Shown here: positions 19,646 to 28,917 of the stretch, in pieces
How positions within the stretch are numbered: the stretch's first letter is position 1
How the letters are laid out: every line of letters begins with the position of its first letter
NCBI GenBank assembly: GCA_965238175.1
Contig: CBDEGZ010000003.1
Coordinates: forward strand, 192,001-256,000
Source of the DNA: Gammaproteobacteria bacterium
GTDB taxonomy: Bacteria > Pseudomonadota > Gammaproteobacteria > CAJXQU01
Direction: 5' to 3'
DNA: 64,000 nt
Program-made: the position numbers and the translations under genes
The notes under the pieces: generated by a model
What the model was told of the DNA's origin: nothing
The model's database searches: none
What the model saw: the letters and a program-made list of their open reading frames with translations, nothing else

Positions 19646-21565
19646 TTAATTTTTTGTCGTGTCATTAATTTTAGATCTCGACCAAATTCTATTTTCATAA
19701 ATAAGTTTATGCTGTTCGCTAATATTATTTTTTAGTTCAATATGTCCAGGCTCAGAGCTTTCTCTAATATCAGTCATACGACCATGACTTGTGATGTAGT
19801 AATTTTTACCAATATTAATAAGGCCTATAGTATGGTTGCGTTCGAATATAGAACTACCTACAAATGGGTTCTTGGTGTTAGGGAAGCCTAAAAAGTGAAT
19901 AATAGAAGGGGTAAAATCTATTGAAGTGGCATTCATTGCATCAAAATCCTTTACATTAACCCCACGTGGATCGTGAATAATTAGTGGGATTTTATCAGCA
20001 AAAAAGAACTGGTAGTCTTGTATTTTTCTTTTTATGATAGCATCAATATATGAAGCTTCGTGATAACGAGCGTGATCTGTAGTAAAAATAAGAACAGTAT
20101 TCTTATATATGTCCAGCTTCCTAAATTTTTCCCAAAACTTGCCGAATTGCACATCGAGGTCATAGATAGTATTTAGGGCATTGTTGTTCCCATCATCATA
20201 TTTAACACCATTATTTTTTGTATCAAACCAAGCATGTGTCTCCATTGGATATGTAACTAGAAGTTGTGGTTTTTGGGAATGGCTCCAGTTTTTGATTTTG
20301 TTATATATCGCTTCAAATAAAAGATCATTGCGTAAGACTGTACTTCCGAGATTAGGATCTGCCTTTTTTTCTGAGAGTAGTTCAGAAGAGATAGTATCTG
20401 CTGTCATCACTCTATCAAATCCCAGTTGTTGTAACATATCATTTAAATAATCATTTTTCTTTAAATGAGGATCCAGAAAAACAGATTCGTAATGAAGTTC
20501 ATTCAAATAATCTGGGAGACAATAAAAGTCTGCTTGAAACTTTTTATTTCGCCAGTGACTATGGGGGACTGACGCAGGGTACAAAGAACATAATTGTCCA
20601 TGTAGACCTCTAAACGTGGCAGCTGTGTGGTTAAAATAGTTGTGTATTACTAATGAATTTTTGTCTTCAGCAAAATCTGTTATATGTGGCGTTAAGTGTT
20701 CAAAAGTTTGATCGTAATAATTAATTGTTCTTGCAGAAAACCCCTCTACGAATATCACAATTATATGAGGCTTTGGTGTTACTTTTGTGTTTAAAAAAGG
20801 ATCTGAGGTATATATAAAATCTTTTATCAATGGATATTCAACTTCTGGCTTTATTTTCACTTTAAGATTTTCAAGTTCACCATGCGAAGGCACCCCTACT
20901 ATAAGAGAGTATTCCATTGGCGTAAGTTGAGGATAAAATAAACCTAGCATAGACCTAACAGGCGAGTAATGTGAAATCATTAAGAACTCGATATTAGATA
21001 TATTTTGTTCATCTGTGGTAAGAATTTTCTTAGCATATACACGAATTGAAGTGTCAATCATTAGTGTGATGCATAGTGCAAACAGAATATAACGTGCGTT
21101 TGATTTTAATTCTCCCTTTCTTTTTTTATAGAAGAACCAAATCAGGAAAGTAGTAAGAAAAATAAGAGCGCTAAGTAAAATTAATACATTTCCTAGTGTT
21201 GTCACCATACCAATATTATCAGTATTTTCTATGGCAATCTTTGGTAGAAAGGAGAAAGTATTTTCAAGAGATAAATATTGGATTGATATGATGAGGATAT
21301 AGCCTGTGTAGAAACAAATAGCTATAAAATTCCATTTCCTTTTTTCTTGACTAGATAGAAAAAGAAATATCATTGCAGCAATCAGACCCTCTAACACATA
21401 CGTGAAAAGAAAGTAAATGTAAGGAGACGTTACGTTATCTATTCTAGCTATGATCAAATTAATAATAGTAAGCTGAGGAATTAAAAATCCAACAACAAAG
21501 CAAAAGTATTTGACCATAATATTTTTAATTATTTTATAAAACGTTTTACAAGTTCGTAAGGACAT
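19646..21565 (-). CDS. LTA-synthase / sulfatase-family membrane protein (phospho-substituent transferase)
   Basis: About 5 N-terminal TM segments, IFVEGFS, catalytic-Thr region TAATFRG, FTTDH. Start is ATG at 21565 (or the MVKYF Met at 21517); the first 10 residues in the ORF track come from the IS end. Confidence 0.8.
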   Translation of the reverse strand: MSLRTCKTFYKIIKNIMVKYFCFVVGFLIPQLTIINLIIARIDNVTSPYIYFLFTYVLEGLIAAMIFLFLSSQEKRKWNFIAICFYTGYILIISIQYLSLENTFSFLPKIAIENTDNIGMVTTLGNVLILLSALIFLTTFLIWFFYKKRKGELKSNARYILFALCITLMIDTSIRVYAKKILTTDEQNISNIEFLMISHYSPVRSMLGLFYPQLTPMEYSLIVGVPSHGELENLKVKIKPEVEYPLIKDFIYTSDPFLNTKVTPKPHIIVIFVEGFSARTINYYDQTFEHLTPHITDFAEDKNSLVIHNYFNHTAATFRGLHGQLCSLYPASVPHSHWRNKKFQADFYCLPDYLNELHYESVFLDPHLKKNDYLNDMLQQLGFDRVMTADTISSELLSEKKADPNLGSTVLRNDLLFEAIYNKIKNWSHSQKPQLLVTYPMETHAWFDTKNNGVKYDDGNNNALNTIYDLDVQFGKFWEKFRKLDIYKNTVLIFTTDHARYHEASYIDAIIKRKIQDYQFFFADKIPLIIHDPRGVNVKDFDAMNATSIDFTPSIIHFLGFPNTKNPFVGSSIFERNHTIGLINIGKNYYITSHGRMTDIRESSEPGHIELKNNISEQHKLIYENRIWSRSKINDTTKN

Positions 21566-21630
21566 AGTGAACCTGCTACATTTTAACGGATACATTAAAT
21601 AGGCGACAATATGCCTTTAGGAGTATCCAA

Positions 21631-21942
21631 ATGACCAGCAACAGAAAACCATACAAAACCTATACCCGAGAATTCAAACTAGAAGCGTTACGCTTGATGG
21701 AGCAATCAGATAAACCGTCATCTGAGATTGCCGCTGAACTTGGTATACGGCGTAATCAGCTCTATAAATGGAAAGAACAACTGACCGACAAAGGTGATAC
21801 TGCATTCCCAGAACAACGTGGAAGGCCTAAGAAAGAAGCACAAAGTGAACTCACCACCTTACGCCAAGATAATGCACGGCTGAAGGAGGAAGTTGAGATA
21901 TTAAAAAAGGCCGCGGTGTACTTTGCAGGCGAACTCAAGTGA
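21631..21942 (+). CDS. IS3 transposase OrfA (HTH)
   Basis: YTREFKLEALRL...IAAELGI...LYKW; A_AAA_AAG -1 frameshift site at 21903-21909. Confidence 0.93.
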   Translation: MTSNRKPYKTYTREFKLEALRLMEQSDKPSSEIAAELGIRRNQLYKWKEQLTDKGDTAFPEQRGRPKKEAQSELTTLRQDNARLKEEVEILKKAAVYFAGELK

Positions 21943-22799
21943 AGTACGCCTTTATTAAAATACAACGTCGCCATCACTCTGTGTCGTTATTATGTCGCAC
22001 CCTGACTGTCTCAGTCAGTGGTTATTATGATTGGTTAGACAGGCCTCAAAGTAAGACACACTCAACGAATCAACGGTTACTGACGAAAATAAGATGTTTT
22101 CATCAAGCTAGTTTTAAGCGTTATGGTTCACCTCGGATACATCGAGACCTACTCGATTCAGGTGAAAAAGTAAGTCGACCGCGTGTTGCACGTTTGATGA
22201 AGACTGCTGGCATTCAATCGAAGATGGCCAAACGGTTTGTGATTACAACCAATTCAAAAAATACCACAGCACCTGCACCCGATAGGCTCAAACGTGAATT
22301 TCGTGTCAATGAAACAAATAAAGCCTGGGTAGCTGACACGACCTTTATTCGTACTCGGCAAGGTTGGTTATATTTGGCTACCATGATGGACTTGTATTCA
22401 CGGCAAATTATTGGCTGGGCGATGTCTGAGCGTAATGACACCAAGCTAGTCACTGATGCGTTAACGATGTCGCTGTCACGCAGAGACAAGGCAAAAGATG
22501 TGATTGTCCATTCCGACCAAGGCAGCACTTATGCCTCGGGTGATTATCGAAAGCTCATTAAAGATAATGGCTTCCTTTGTAGTATGAGCCGAAAAGGTGA
22601 ATGCCATGATAATGCGGTCGCTGAAAGTTTCTTCGGCAGCCTCAAAACAGAGTTGGTTGATGATGAGGATTATCGAACACGTAGCGATGCCAAACAAAGC
22701 CTATTTCACTATATTGAAGTGTTTTATAATCGAAGACGGAGGCATTCTTATTTAGGCTATGTTAGCCCTGTAGAATTTGAGCGGGCAAATGCCCCTTAG
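21939..22799 (+). CDS. IS3 transposase OrfB (DDE integrase core)
   Basis: YGSPRI, WVADTT, HSDQGSTY, DNAVAESFF. Confidence 0.95.
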   Translation: MKYAFIKIQRRHHSVSLLCRTLTVSVSGYYDWLDRPQSKTHSTNQRLLTKIRCFHQASFKRYGSPRIHRDLLDSGEKVSRPRVARLMKTAGIQSKMAKRFVITTNSKNTTAPAPDRLKREFRVNETNKAWVADTTFIRTRQGWLYLATMMDLYSRQIIGWAMSERNDTKLVTDALTMSLSRRDKAKDVIVHSDQGSTYASGDYRKLIKDNGFLCSMSRKGECHDNAVAESFFGSLKTELVDDEDYRTRSDAKQSLFHYIEVFYNRRRRHSYLGYVSPVEFERANAP

Positions 22800-22957
22800 T
22801 TATTTGCTCCGTTAAAGTGTTGCAACCTCATAGTTAGTTATTATGAATTCATAATATTCACTTTTAAATTGAATTCATAATCAACAAGAAAATCTAATAA
22901 CAGCTAAACATATTGGAGCTATTTTATTTCGCATAATTAAGATAAAACCAGTTTCTC

Positions 22958-24409
22958 TTAAAAAAGTAACGTCTCAAAAATATCTTTTACTTCTTGGTCT
23001 TGCCAATTTCGTATAAACCGTTCTTTATCTTTTAAAAAAGCGGGTTCGAATGATTTCTTAGTTGTATGTTCTGTCATGGCATCAAGATCGATTAGGCTTA
23101 TAATACCTGTTTTGTCTAGTAATAAGTTTTGTGCTTTTAAATCACCATGACTAATGCGATCATTTTGCAGCAACCAAAAAATAGCCTTGATCTGTTCTAA
23201 TTCGTTTGCAGTTGGTTTGCGATGTTCGTAGACACTAAGGAGTTCTTCAGATTCTATGTATTCTGAAATGAAATACGCAATTCCACGAAACCAACCAATA
23301 CGTTTTTCTATGAAGCCATATGGCCTGGGAGTTTTTAAGCCTATAAATTCCAATAAATTTGCATTTTCCCATGAGTGTGATGCACGTGTTGGGCGCCAGA
23401 ATCGTTTTAAAAAATGCGAAAAACTTTTTATATTATATCGCTTGATCAAAACCGGTTTTTTTTGAATATTTACTTTAACAACAGTGGCTGAATTTCCTGC
23501 TTTAAGAATTGATCCAGTTTCTATTAGTCGATCAATATTTTTAATAAAATCATTATCAAGCTTAGCTATAAAATCAGATCGAAATGCATATTCATATGAA
23601 AACGTTTTTTCATATTTTGTCATGCTGCAGGTTCTAAAGCATTTGCTTAAATAGTTTTGTTTTCTTTTTTTCCAGGCAGAGGAGAGTAATTGATCGAATT
23701 TTTTTATTTCTGCTTCGATAGTTTGTTCTTGGTTGACATTATCTACTGACCAGTTGCGTACTTGGTAATAAATCTCTAAAGCACCTACTAAGTTTGTTTG
23801 ATCTAATTGGTAGAACTGAGCAAATAATTTAGTCAGATTTTTTAAACTTGTTTCTTTATCTAAGCTATTTTGGTCATTTGAGATTTTGATCGAACCAACA
23901 TCTATCAAGTGGATTTCTTCATCGACTAGTAAAATATTATCAAGATGAATGTCATCTTGATAAATACCATGTTGATGTAGTTCGGCCATGCTGTTTAACA
24001 AACTTGTAATGCGGCTATTAGTCTTATTGGGATTGTTCAGGTTGAAACTATTAGCAGCTTTTATATATTCGTAAACAACAGCGAAGCAGCCATTAATATT
24101 TTGACTTTTTTCTATTAAAGCAGGTGTTTTTACATTGGTCTTGGTTACGGCTTCTGATCCTTTTACTTCATTATCATATTCACGATGACCTTTGTGTTTA
24201 GCTGAAAAGAGTTTGAGGACTACCTGCTGGTCATCAACATGGGCCAATAAAACCAAACGTTTTTTCGGCAATATTCTTAAAATTTTTGTACAAACATATT
24301 TGGTCGATGCGTGCTCATGTACACTTATCAGATCAAAAGGCAATGTTAGATTCTTTTCTCCTTGAAGAAAAGAATCGATTTGTGGGCAAGAAGTAATAGA
24401 AGAAGACAT
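22958..24409 (-). CDS. Tandem-domain LPS kinase (Kdo/WaaP family)
   Basis: Two kinase catalytic loops: QDDIHLDNILL/LIDVG and HGDLKAQNLLL/LIDLD. Confidence 0.8.
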   Translation of the reverse strand: MSSSITSCPQIDSFLQGEKNLTLPFDLISVHEHASTKYVCTKILRILPKKRLVLLAHVDDQQVVLKLFSAKHKGHREYDNEVKGSEAVTKTNVKTPALIEKSQNINGCFAVVYEYIKAANSFNLNNPNKTNSRITSLLNSMAELHQHGIYQDDIHLDNILLVDEEIHLIDVGSIKISNDQNSLDKETSLKNLTKLFAQFYQLDQTNLVGALEIYYQVRNWSVDNVNQEQTIEAEIKKFDQLLSSAWKKRKQNYLSKCFRTCSMTKYEKTFSYEYAFRSDFIAKLDNDFIKNIDRLIETGSILKAGNSATVVKVNIQKKPVLIKRYNIKSFSHFLKRFWRPTRASHSWENANLLEFIGLKTPRPYGFIEKRIGWFRGIAYFISEYIESEELLSVYEHRKPTANELEQIKAIFWLLQNDRISHGDLKAQNLLLDKTGIISLIDLDAMTEHTTKKSFEPAFLKDKERFIRNWQDQEVKDIFETLLF

Positions 24410-25197
24410 TATTGGCTGTGTAATTTTTCAGCACGTTGCTGGACTTTCAACCACAAGTCTTTTTGATCGCTAAGGAGAGTTCGTAAGTTTACATCTGTAT
24501 AGGTTCTCATAAAACGGAAAAGATCGCGTTTTGTAAGTGGAATTTCCATGGCTGAAAAATACAAGCTGCCAAGATCTTTTATAAGCCATCTTTCAGGTGT
24601 TTTTTTACGAATTTCAGCACGATGAAGATCAATTAGAAAAAGACGTGTTTTTTCATCAATCGTATTATGATCTGAAAATGATTTATCTAATAAAAAATGG
24701 CATAAATAAAAGTCGCGATGATTCAATCCATTTTCATGCATCTTCTTTGCGATAGATGCGAGTTTATTGATCAAAACATTTTTAGATAAAAAGGTTGGTG
24801 GCCTTTTTTGCCATTGAGCTCCTAAATGCTCCAGGCTCATTGTGTCAGTTAAATCGTCGGTCACCAAAAAAGATAATTTTTTTGCTGGATTAATACCTTG
24901 CTCACCAAAAGCAGCTATCATCATCGTATCTATTTGTTGCTGTTGTAAAAATTTAATTGCTTGCCATTCATTTTTTGCACTTGTCACTGGCACTCGTAAC
25001 TGAATTAAATTTTTTATGATTTCTCTCCAGCCAACACCCTCGTGTAGTTTTAAGAAATAACTTCCCCCATTAAGATCAAAACGTAGTGTCCTGCGTCCTT
25101 CTTTATGGCGATAAATATCGCCTTGAAGTTTTTGTACGATGGAAAACACATCTTTGTGTGACCACAGTTTTTTTAAATCTTCTCGCAAGTAATACAT
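24409..25197 (-). CDS. waaP: LPS core heptose kinase
   Basis: RRTLRF, YFLKLH.GVGW.EI.KNL, NHRDFYLCHFLL, LIDLHRA, KDLGSLYFS. Confidence 0.92.
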   Translation of the reverse strand: MYYLREDLKKLWSHKDVFSIVQKLQGDIYRHKEGRRTLRFDLNGGSYFLKLHEGVGWREIIKNLIQLRVPVTSAKNEWQAIKFLQQQQIDTMMIAAFGEQGINPAKKLSFLVTDDLTDTMSLEHLGAQWQKRPPTFLSKNVLINKLASIAKKMHENGLNHRDFYLCHFLLDKSFSDHNTIDEKTRLFLIDLHRAEIRKKTPERWLIKDLGSLYFSAMEIPLTKRDLFRFMRTYTDVNLRTLLSDQKDLWLKVQQRAEKLHSQ

Positions 25198-25319
25198 TTC
25201 AGTCCAAAAGATAAGCGACTGCCACAGAGTTCAATTGCATCAAAGACTTGCGTAGTAATGTCTGCGACGAAATAGATTCGATTGAGTTTATCATTTCTTC
25301 GATTTCTTATATCTGACCA

Positions 25320-25472
25320 TTAATTACTATTTTGAGCTTTGATAACGGCAACTTTCTTTTCCCATTTTTCCAGCGCTCGTTGATAATAATCCATGATACA
25401 GGGATCGCAATGGCGACCGCAGCATTCGTAATCCTCTGGTTTTTTTGGTTTTGGTGGTAATTCTTCTGCCAT
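25320..25472 (-). CDS. 50-aa oxidoreductase-like domain protein (Cys-rich), not in the ORF track
   Basis: My translation MAEELPPKPKKPEDYECCGRHCDPCIMDYYQRALEKWEKKVAVIKAQNSN fits the P..P...CCxxxCxPC..D.Y pattern of the Oxidored-like family. Confidence 0.8.
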   Translation of the reverse strand: MAEELPPKPKKPEDYECCGRHCDPCIMDYYQRALEKWEKKVAVIKAQNSN

Positions 25473-25529
25473 ACCCCGATCTTACCGTTTCTATTAATCA
25501 TCAGGCAATTCCGCTATGCTGCGTGCACT

Positions 25530-26822
25530 ATGACGGACACACACCTATCAGATCGTCGATTTTCTGAATTTGGACTTCACGAAAAACTACAGCAAGGTTT
25601 GGATGAAATCGGATTTGAATTTTCTACGCCAATACAGGCACTCGCACTTCCTCTAGCGCTAGAAGGAAAAGATGTTGCCGGTCAAGCGCAAACTGGCACC
25701 GGCAAAACTGCGGCATTCTTATTAGCAACGATGAATGTGCTTCTTACCGAAAAAGCTTCACCTAATCGAAAATTGAATCAACCACGAGCGCTCATCATTG
25801 CGCCAACGCGTGAGTTAGCCATCCAGATCCATAAGGATGCGGTCACTTTAGGCAAGCATACGGATTTAGAACTGGGTTTAGTCTATGGCGGCGTTGACTA
25901 CGAGAAACAGCGTAAGTCAGTAAAAGAAGGTGTGGATATTTTGATCGGAACACCTGGACGGATCATCGATTATTTTAAGCAGCATGTGTTTGATCTACGC
26001 GCTCTTCAAGTTGCAGTATTAGATGAAGCAGATCGAATGTTCGATCTGGGTTTTATAAAAGATATCCGGTTTTTATTCCGCCGCATGCCTAAACCTGAAA
26101 AACGCCTTAGCATGATGTTTTCAGCGACCTTGTCATTTCGGGTAAAAGAACTCGCCTACGAGCACATGAATAACCCACAATCAGTCGAAGTGAAAACTGA
26201 AAATGTGACTGCAGATAGTGTTAAACAAAGCTTGTATCATGTTCAAAATGAAGAAAAAATCCCATTATTGATCGGTCTTTTAAATCAAATTGATTCACCA
26301 CGCGCGATCATTTTTGTTAATACAAAACGTGTTGCTGAGAATGTCACAGGTTGGTTGATGGGCAATAACTATAAAGTGGGTTTGATTTCCGGTGATGTCC
26401 CACAGAAAAAGCGTGAACGTCTAATCAGAGAAATTGAGTCTGGCGAGATCCGCTTGTTGGTGGCGACGGATGTTGCAGCGCGGGGATTACACATTCCTGA
26501 CATCACACATGTCTTTAATTATGACCTTCCACAGAATGAAGAAGATTATGTTCATCGTATTGGGCGTACCGCACGTGCTGGCGCTGCGGGTATAGCGATT
26601 AGTTTTGGTTGTGAAGAATTCGTTTTTTCACTTATGGAGATTGAGGCCTATATCGGTCATAAAATTCCAATAGATGCGATCAGTAATGAATTATTAGCCT
26701 CCCCGAAACCACCGATTAAACTTAAAAAAAACCCACCTAATCGAAATAATACTAAGAAAAATACTAATAACAAATCAAGAAACAACCCTCGTAACAATCA
26801 ACAACGTCAAAAAAAGGTCTAA
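25530..26822 (+). CDS. rhlB: DEAD-box RNA helicase RhlB
   Basis: AQTGTGKT, PTRELA, DEADRMFDLGFIKDIR, HRIGRTAR. Confidence 0.9.
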   Translation: MTDTHLSDRRFSEFGLHEKLQQGLDEIGFEFSTPIQALALPLALEGKDVAGQAQTGTGKTAAFLLATMNVLLTEKASPNRKLNQPRALIIAPTRELAIQIHKDAVTLGKHTDLELGLVYGGVDYEKQRKSVKEGVDILIGTPGRIIDYFKQHVFDLRALQVAVLDEADRMFDLGFIKDIRFLFRRMPKPEKRLSMMFSATLSFRVKELAYEHMNNPQSVEVKTENVTADSVKQSLYHVQNEEKIPLLIGLLNQIDSPRAIIFVNTKRVAENVTGWLMGNNYKVGLISGDVPQKKRERLIREIESGEIRLLVATDVAARGLHIPDITHVFNYDLPQNEEDYVHRIGRTARAGAAGIAISFGCEEFVFSLMEIEAYIGHKIPIDAISNELLASPKPPIKLKKNPPNRNNTKKNTNNKSRNNPRNNQQRQKKV

Positions 26823-26824
26823 TG

Positions 26825-27895
26825 CTAGCTGTCAGCTTTTTCCGATAGACAAATTCGATTTCTTCCGGTTTCTTTTGCTTTGTATAAAGCCTGATCTGCT
26901 CTCTCAATCAAATCTTCGAGGTTTTCGTTATCTTTTAATTCAGCTGCGCCAAGACTGGTTGTGATATTAATACTGTTGCCATTAAAACTGATCGATGATT
27001 CTTCAATTGCTTTACGAATCCGCTCGCCAACAGCAGAAGCTGCAGTAATGTCTGATTGTGGTAACACGATCAAAAACTCCTCGCCGCCAGTTCTTCCGAT
27101 CACATCGTTACCACGAATAACGTTATTCATGCGTGTGGCAACTTTTTTTAGCACCTCATCACCCATAGCATGACCATAAGTATCATTTACATGTTTAAAG
27201 AAATCGATATCTGCCACGATCAACGAAAATTTATAGCCATTTTGTGCAGAATCTGCAAAAGCATTTTGAGCTTGCCCTATGATGGATTCGCGACTGCTAA
27301 TACCCGTCAACATATCAAAATTTACTTTTGTAGATAGAGCCTCTTTTTCACTGCGTAAATTTAATAACGAGTTTTCCAGCGATTCTAAATTGATTGAAAA
27401 ATAAGTGTCGGTTGCCAGTGAAATGTCAAGACTAACTATCTTCAAAGTGAAATTGGACAGGTCAAATTTTTGTTTATGATCCAGATTCTCAGTAAGGTCT
27501 ATTCTTTTTAAAATCAAACCTTGTAAGTATAGATAAGAACATTGATAAAGTGAAAGCGGCAATTCGATTAAAGCGTGACGCAGGCCAATTTGGAGGCGCT
27601 GTTCAAAATACGTCACCGAAGCATAATCCACTCCGAGCGTCTTAATATAGTGTCGTTGTGTATTTTTAAGCCGATTAATATCGTGTTGCTTGAGAAATGC
27701 AAGGGTCTGTTTTTCGCCAAGCATGTAAACGTAAAAATCATCTATTAGTTGGTCGATATTAGGGAGTAAAATTTGTTCATGCAATTGTTTAGCAAATATA
27801 CAGTCAGGGGGATCGAGGCGCATCAACTGCAACCTAGTGCGACGGCCCGTAGAATTAAAACCGTATTTTGTACAAAGTGACTTCATCTGACTCAA
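26825..27895 (-). CDS. Globin-coupled diguanylate cyclase
   Basis: Protoglobin-like N-terminus (IDDFY, RLQIGLRH), DIDFFKHVNDTYGH, GGEEF active site and RGND I-site. Confidence 0.85.
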   Translation of the reverse strand: MSQMKSLCTKYGFNSTGRRTRLQLMRLDPPDCIFAKQLHEQILLPNIDQLIDDFYVYMLGEKQTLAFLKQHDINRLKNTQRHYIKTLGVDYASVTYFEQRLQIGLRHALIELPLSLYQCSYLYLQGLILKRIDLTENLDHKQKFDLSNFTLKIVSLDISLATDTYFSINLESLENSLLNLRSEKEALSTKVNFDMLTGISSRESIIGQAQNAFADSAQNGYKFSLIVADIDFFKHVNDTYGHAMGDEVLKKVATRMNNVIRGNDVIGRTGGEEFLIVLPQSDITAASAVGERIRKAIEESSISFNGNSINITTSLGAAELKDNENLEDLIERADQALYKAKETGRNRICLSEKADS

Positions 27896-27942
27896 GCAAA
27901 AATGACCAAATAACCATAAAATATGTAAGGTTAAGGCTTATT

Positions 27943-28617
27943 CTATATTAGTTTTAATCTAGATGTAATCCAACGACCGATTTCCTCAATTTCTTCAAGT
28001 GATACAGAGTGTTGCATCGGATATTCATGCCAGTTGATAGGATAACCTGCTTGTTTTAGTTGATCAGATGAATCTTGGCCTTGTTGTAATGGAATGATTG
28101 GGTCCATTGTCCCGTGAGCCATAAAAATGGGCGTATTCGAATTAGCTGAGTTTGCCTCTGTGGCTAATCGATCTGGCAAAGCAAGATAAGTAGATAATGC
28201 CAGTAAACCACCAAGAGGTTTTGTATATCGTAGTCCGGTATGAAGAATAATAACGCCGCCTTGAGAGAAACCGGCTAATAGGATTTTATCTGATGAAATT
28301 CCTTGTTCGATCTCATGATCGATTAAGGCTTCAAGGATCTTCTGTGATGACTCAATACCTTCGACATCTTCCTTTTTGCGTAAATTTACTTCTAGAATAT
28401 CGTACCAGGCACGCATCACCATACCGCCGTTTATTGTCACGGCTTGCATTGGTGCGTGAGGGAAAATAAAACGTATGCCGTGATTTTGAGGTAATTGTAA
28501 AGCTGGGATCACAGATTCAAAATCATGTCCATCAGCACCCAAACCATGCAACCAGATAACACTGGCTGTATGCTGACCTTTGGGCTCTAAAATAACAGAA
28601 GATTCATTATCGATCAT
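27943..28617 (-). CDS. Carboxylesterase / phospholipase (alpha/beta hydrolase)
   Basis: WLHGLGADG, GFSQGG, HGTMD, MQHSV; start placed at MIDNE. Confidence 0.9.
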   Translation of the reverse strand: MIDNESSVILEPKGQHTASVIWLHGLGADGHDFESVIPALQLPQNHGIRFIFPHAPMQAVTINGGMVMRAWYDILEVNLRKKEDVEGIESSQKILEALIDHEIEQGISSDKILLAGFSQGGVIILHTGLRYTKPLGGLLALSTYLALPDRLATEANSANSNTPIFMAHGTMDPIIPLQQGQDSSDQLKQAGYPINWHEYPMQHSVSLEEIEEIGRWITSRLKLI

Positions 28618-28749
28618 GTAAGGGAACTCTATATGTAATGATAGGTTAAGGATAAAGATCAAAGCGTAAAGGTCAATGGAAATGATCAATTATGGTATCC
28701 TTCGACATGAAATTCATAACCATAAATTCATCTTAATATTTTAAATACC

Positions 28750-28893
28750 ATGATAAATATAAAAAACATCATATTTGGATTATTGATCAGCGTATCTTTG
28801 TTGCTTGCAGGTTGTGGTCAAAAAGGTGATCTCTATCTTCCAGATCAGGAAAAGGCGAGTCTGGAAAAGCTCGAAATTCGTCTAATTGCCTAA
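28750..28893 (+). CDS. Small lipoprotein of the LppL/YifL (LptM) family, not in the ORF track
   Basis: MINIKNIIFGLLISVSLLLAGCGQKGDLYLPDQ...: lipobox plus the CGQKG.LYLP signature, in the usual position before lysA. Confidence 0.88.
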   Translation: MINIKNIIFGLLISVSLLLAGCGQKGDLYLPDQEKASLEKLEIRLIA

Positions 28894-28917
28894 TAAAACC
28901 AAATAAATAATCTCAAC

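Larger units (their letters stand above)
21568..22830 (+). mobile_element. Complete IS3-family insertion sequence (1263 bp)
   Basis: TG...CA ends; imperfect TIRs TGAACCTGCTACATTTTAACGGA / TGAGGTTGCAACACTTTAACGGA (18/23); 3-bp TAG target duplication at 21565-21567 and 22831-22833. Confidence 0.95.

Noticed and set aside
25307-25501. 64-aa track ORF
   Set aside because: The overlapping frame 25320-25472 has a recognisable Cys motif and is the better gene.
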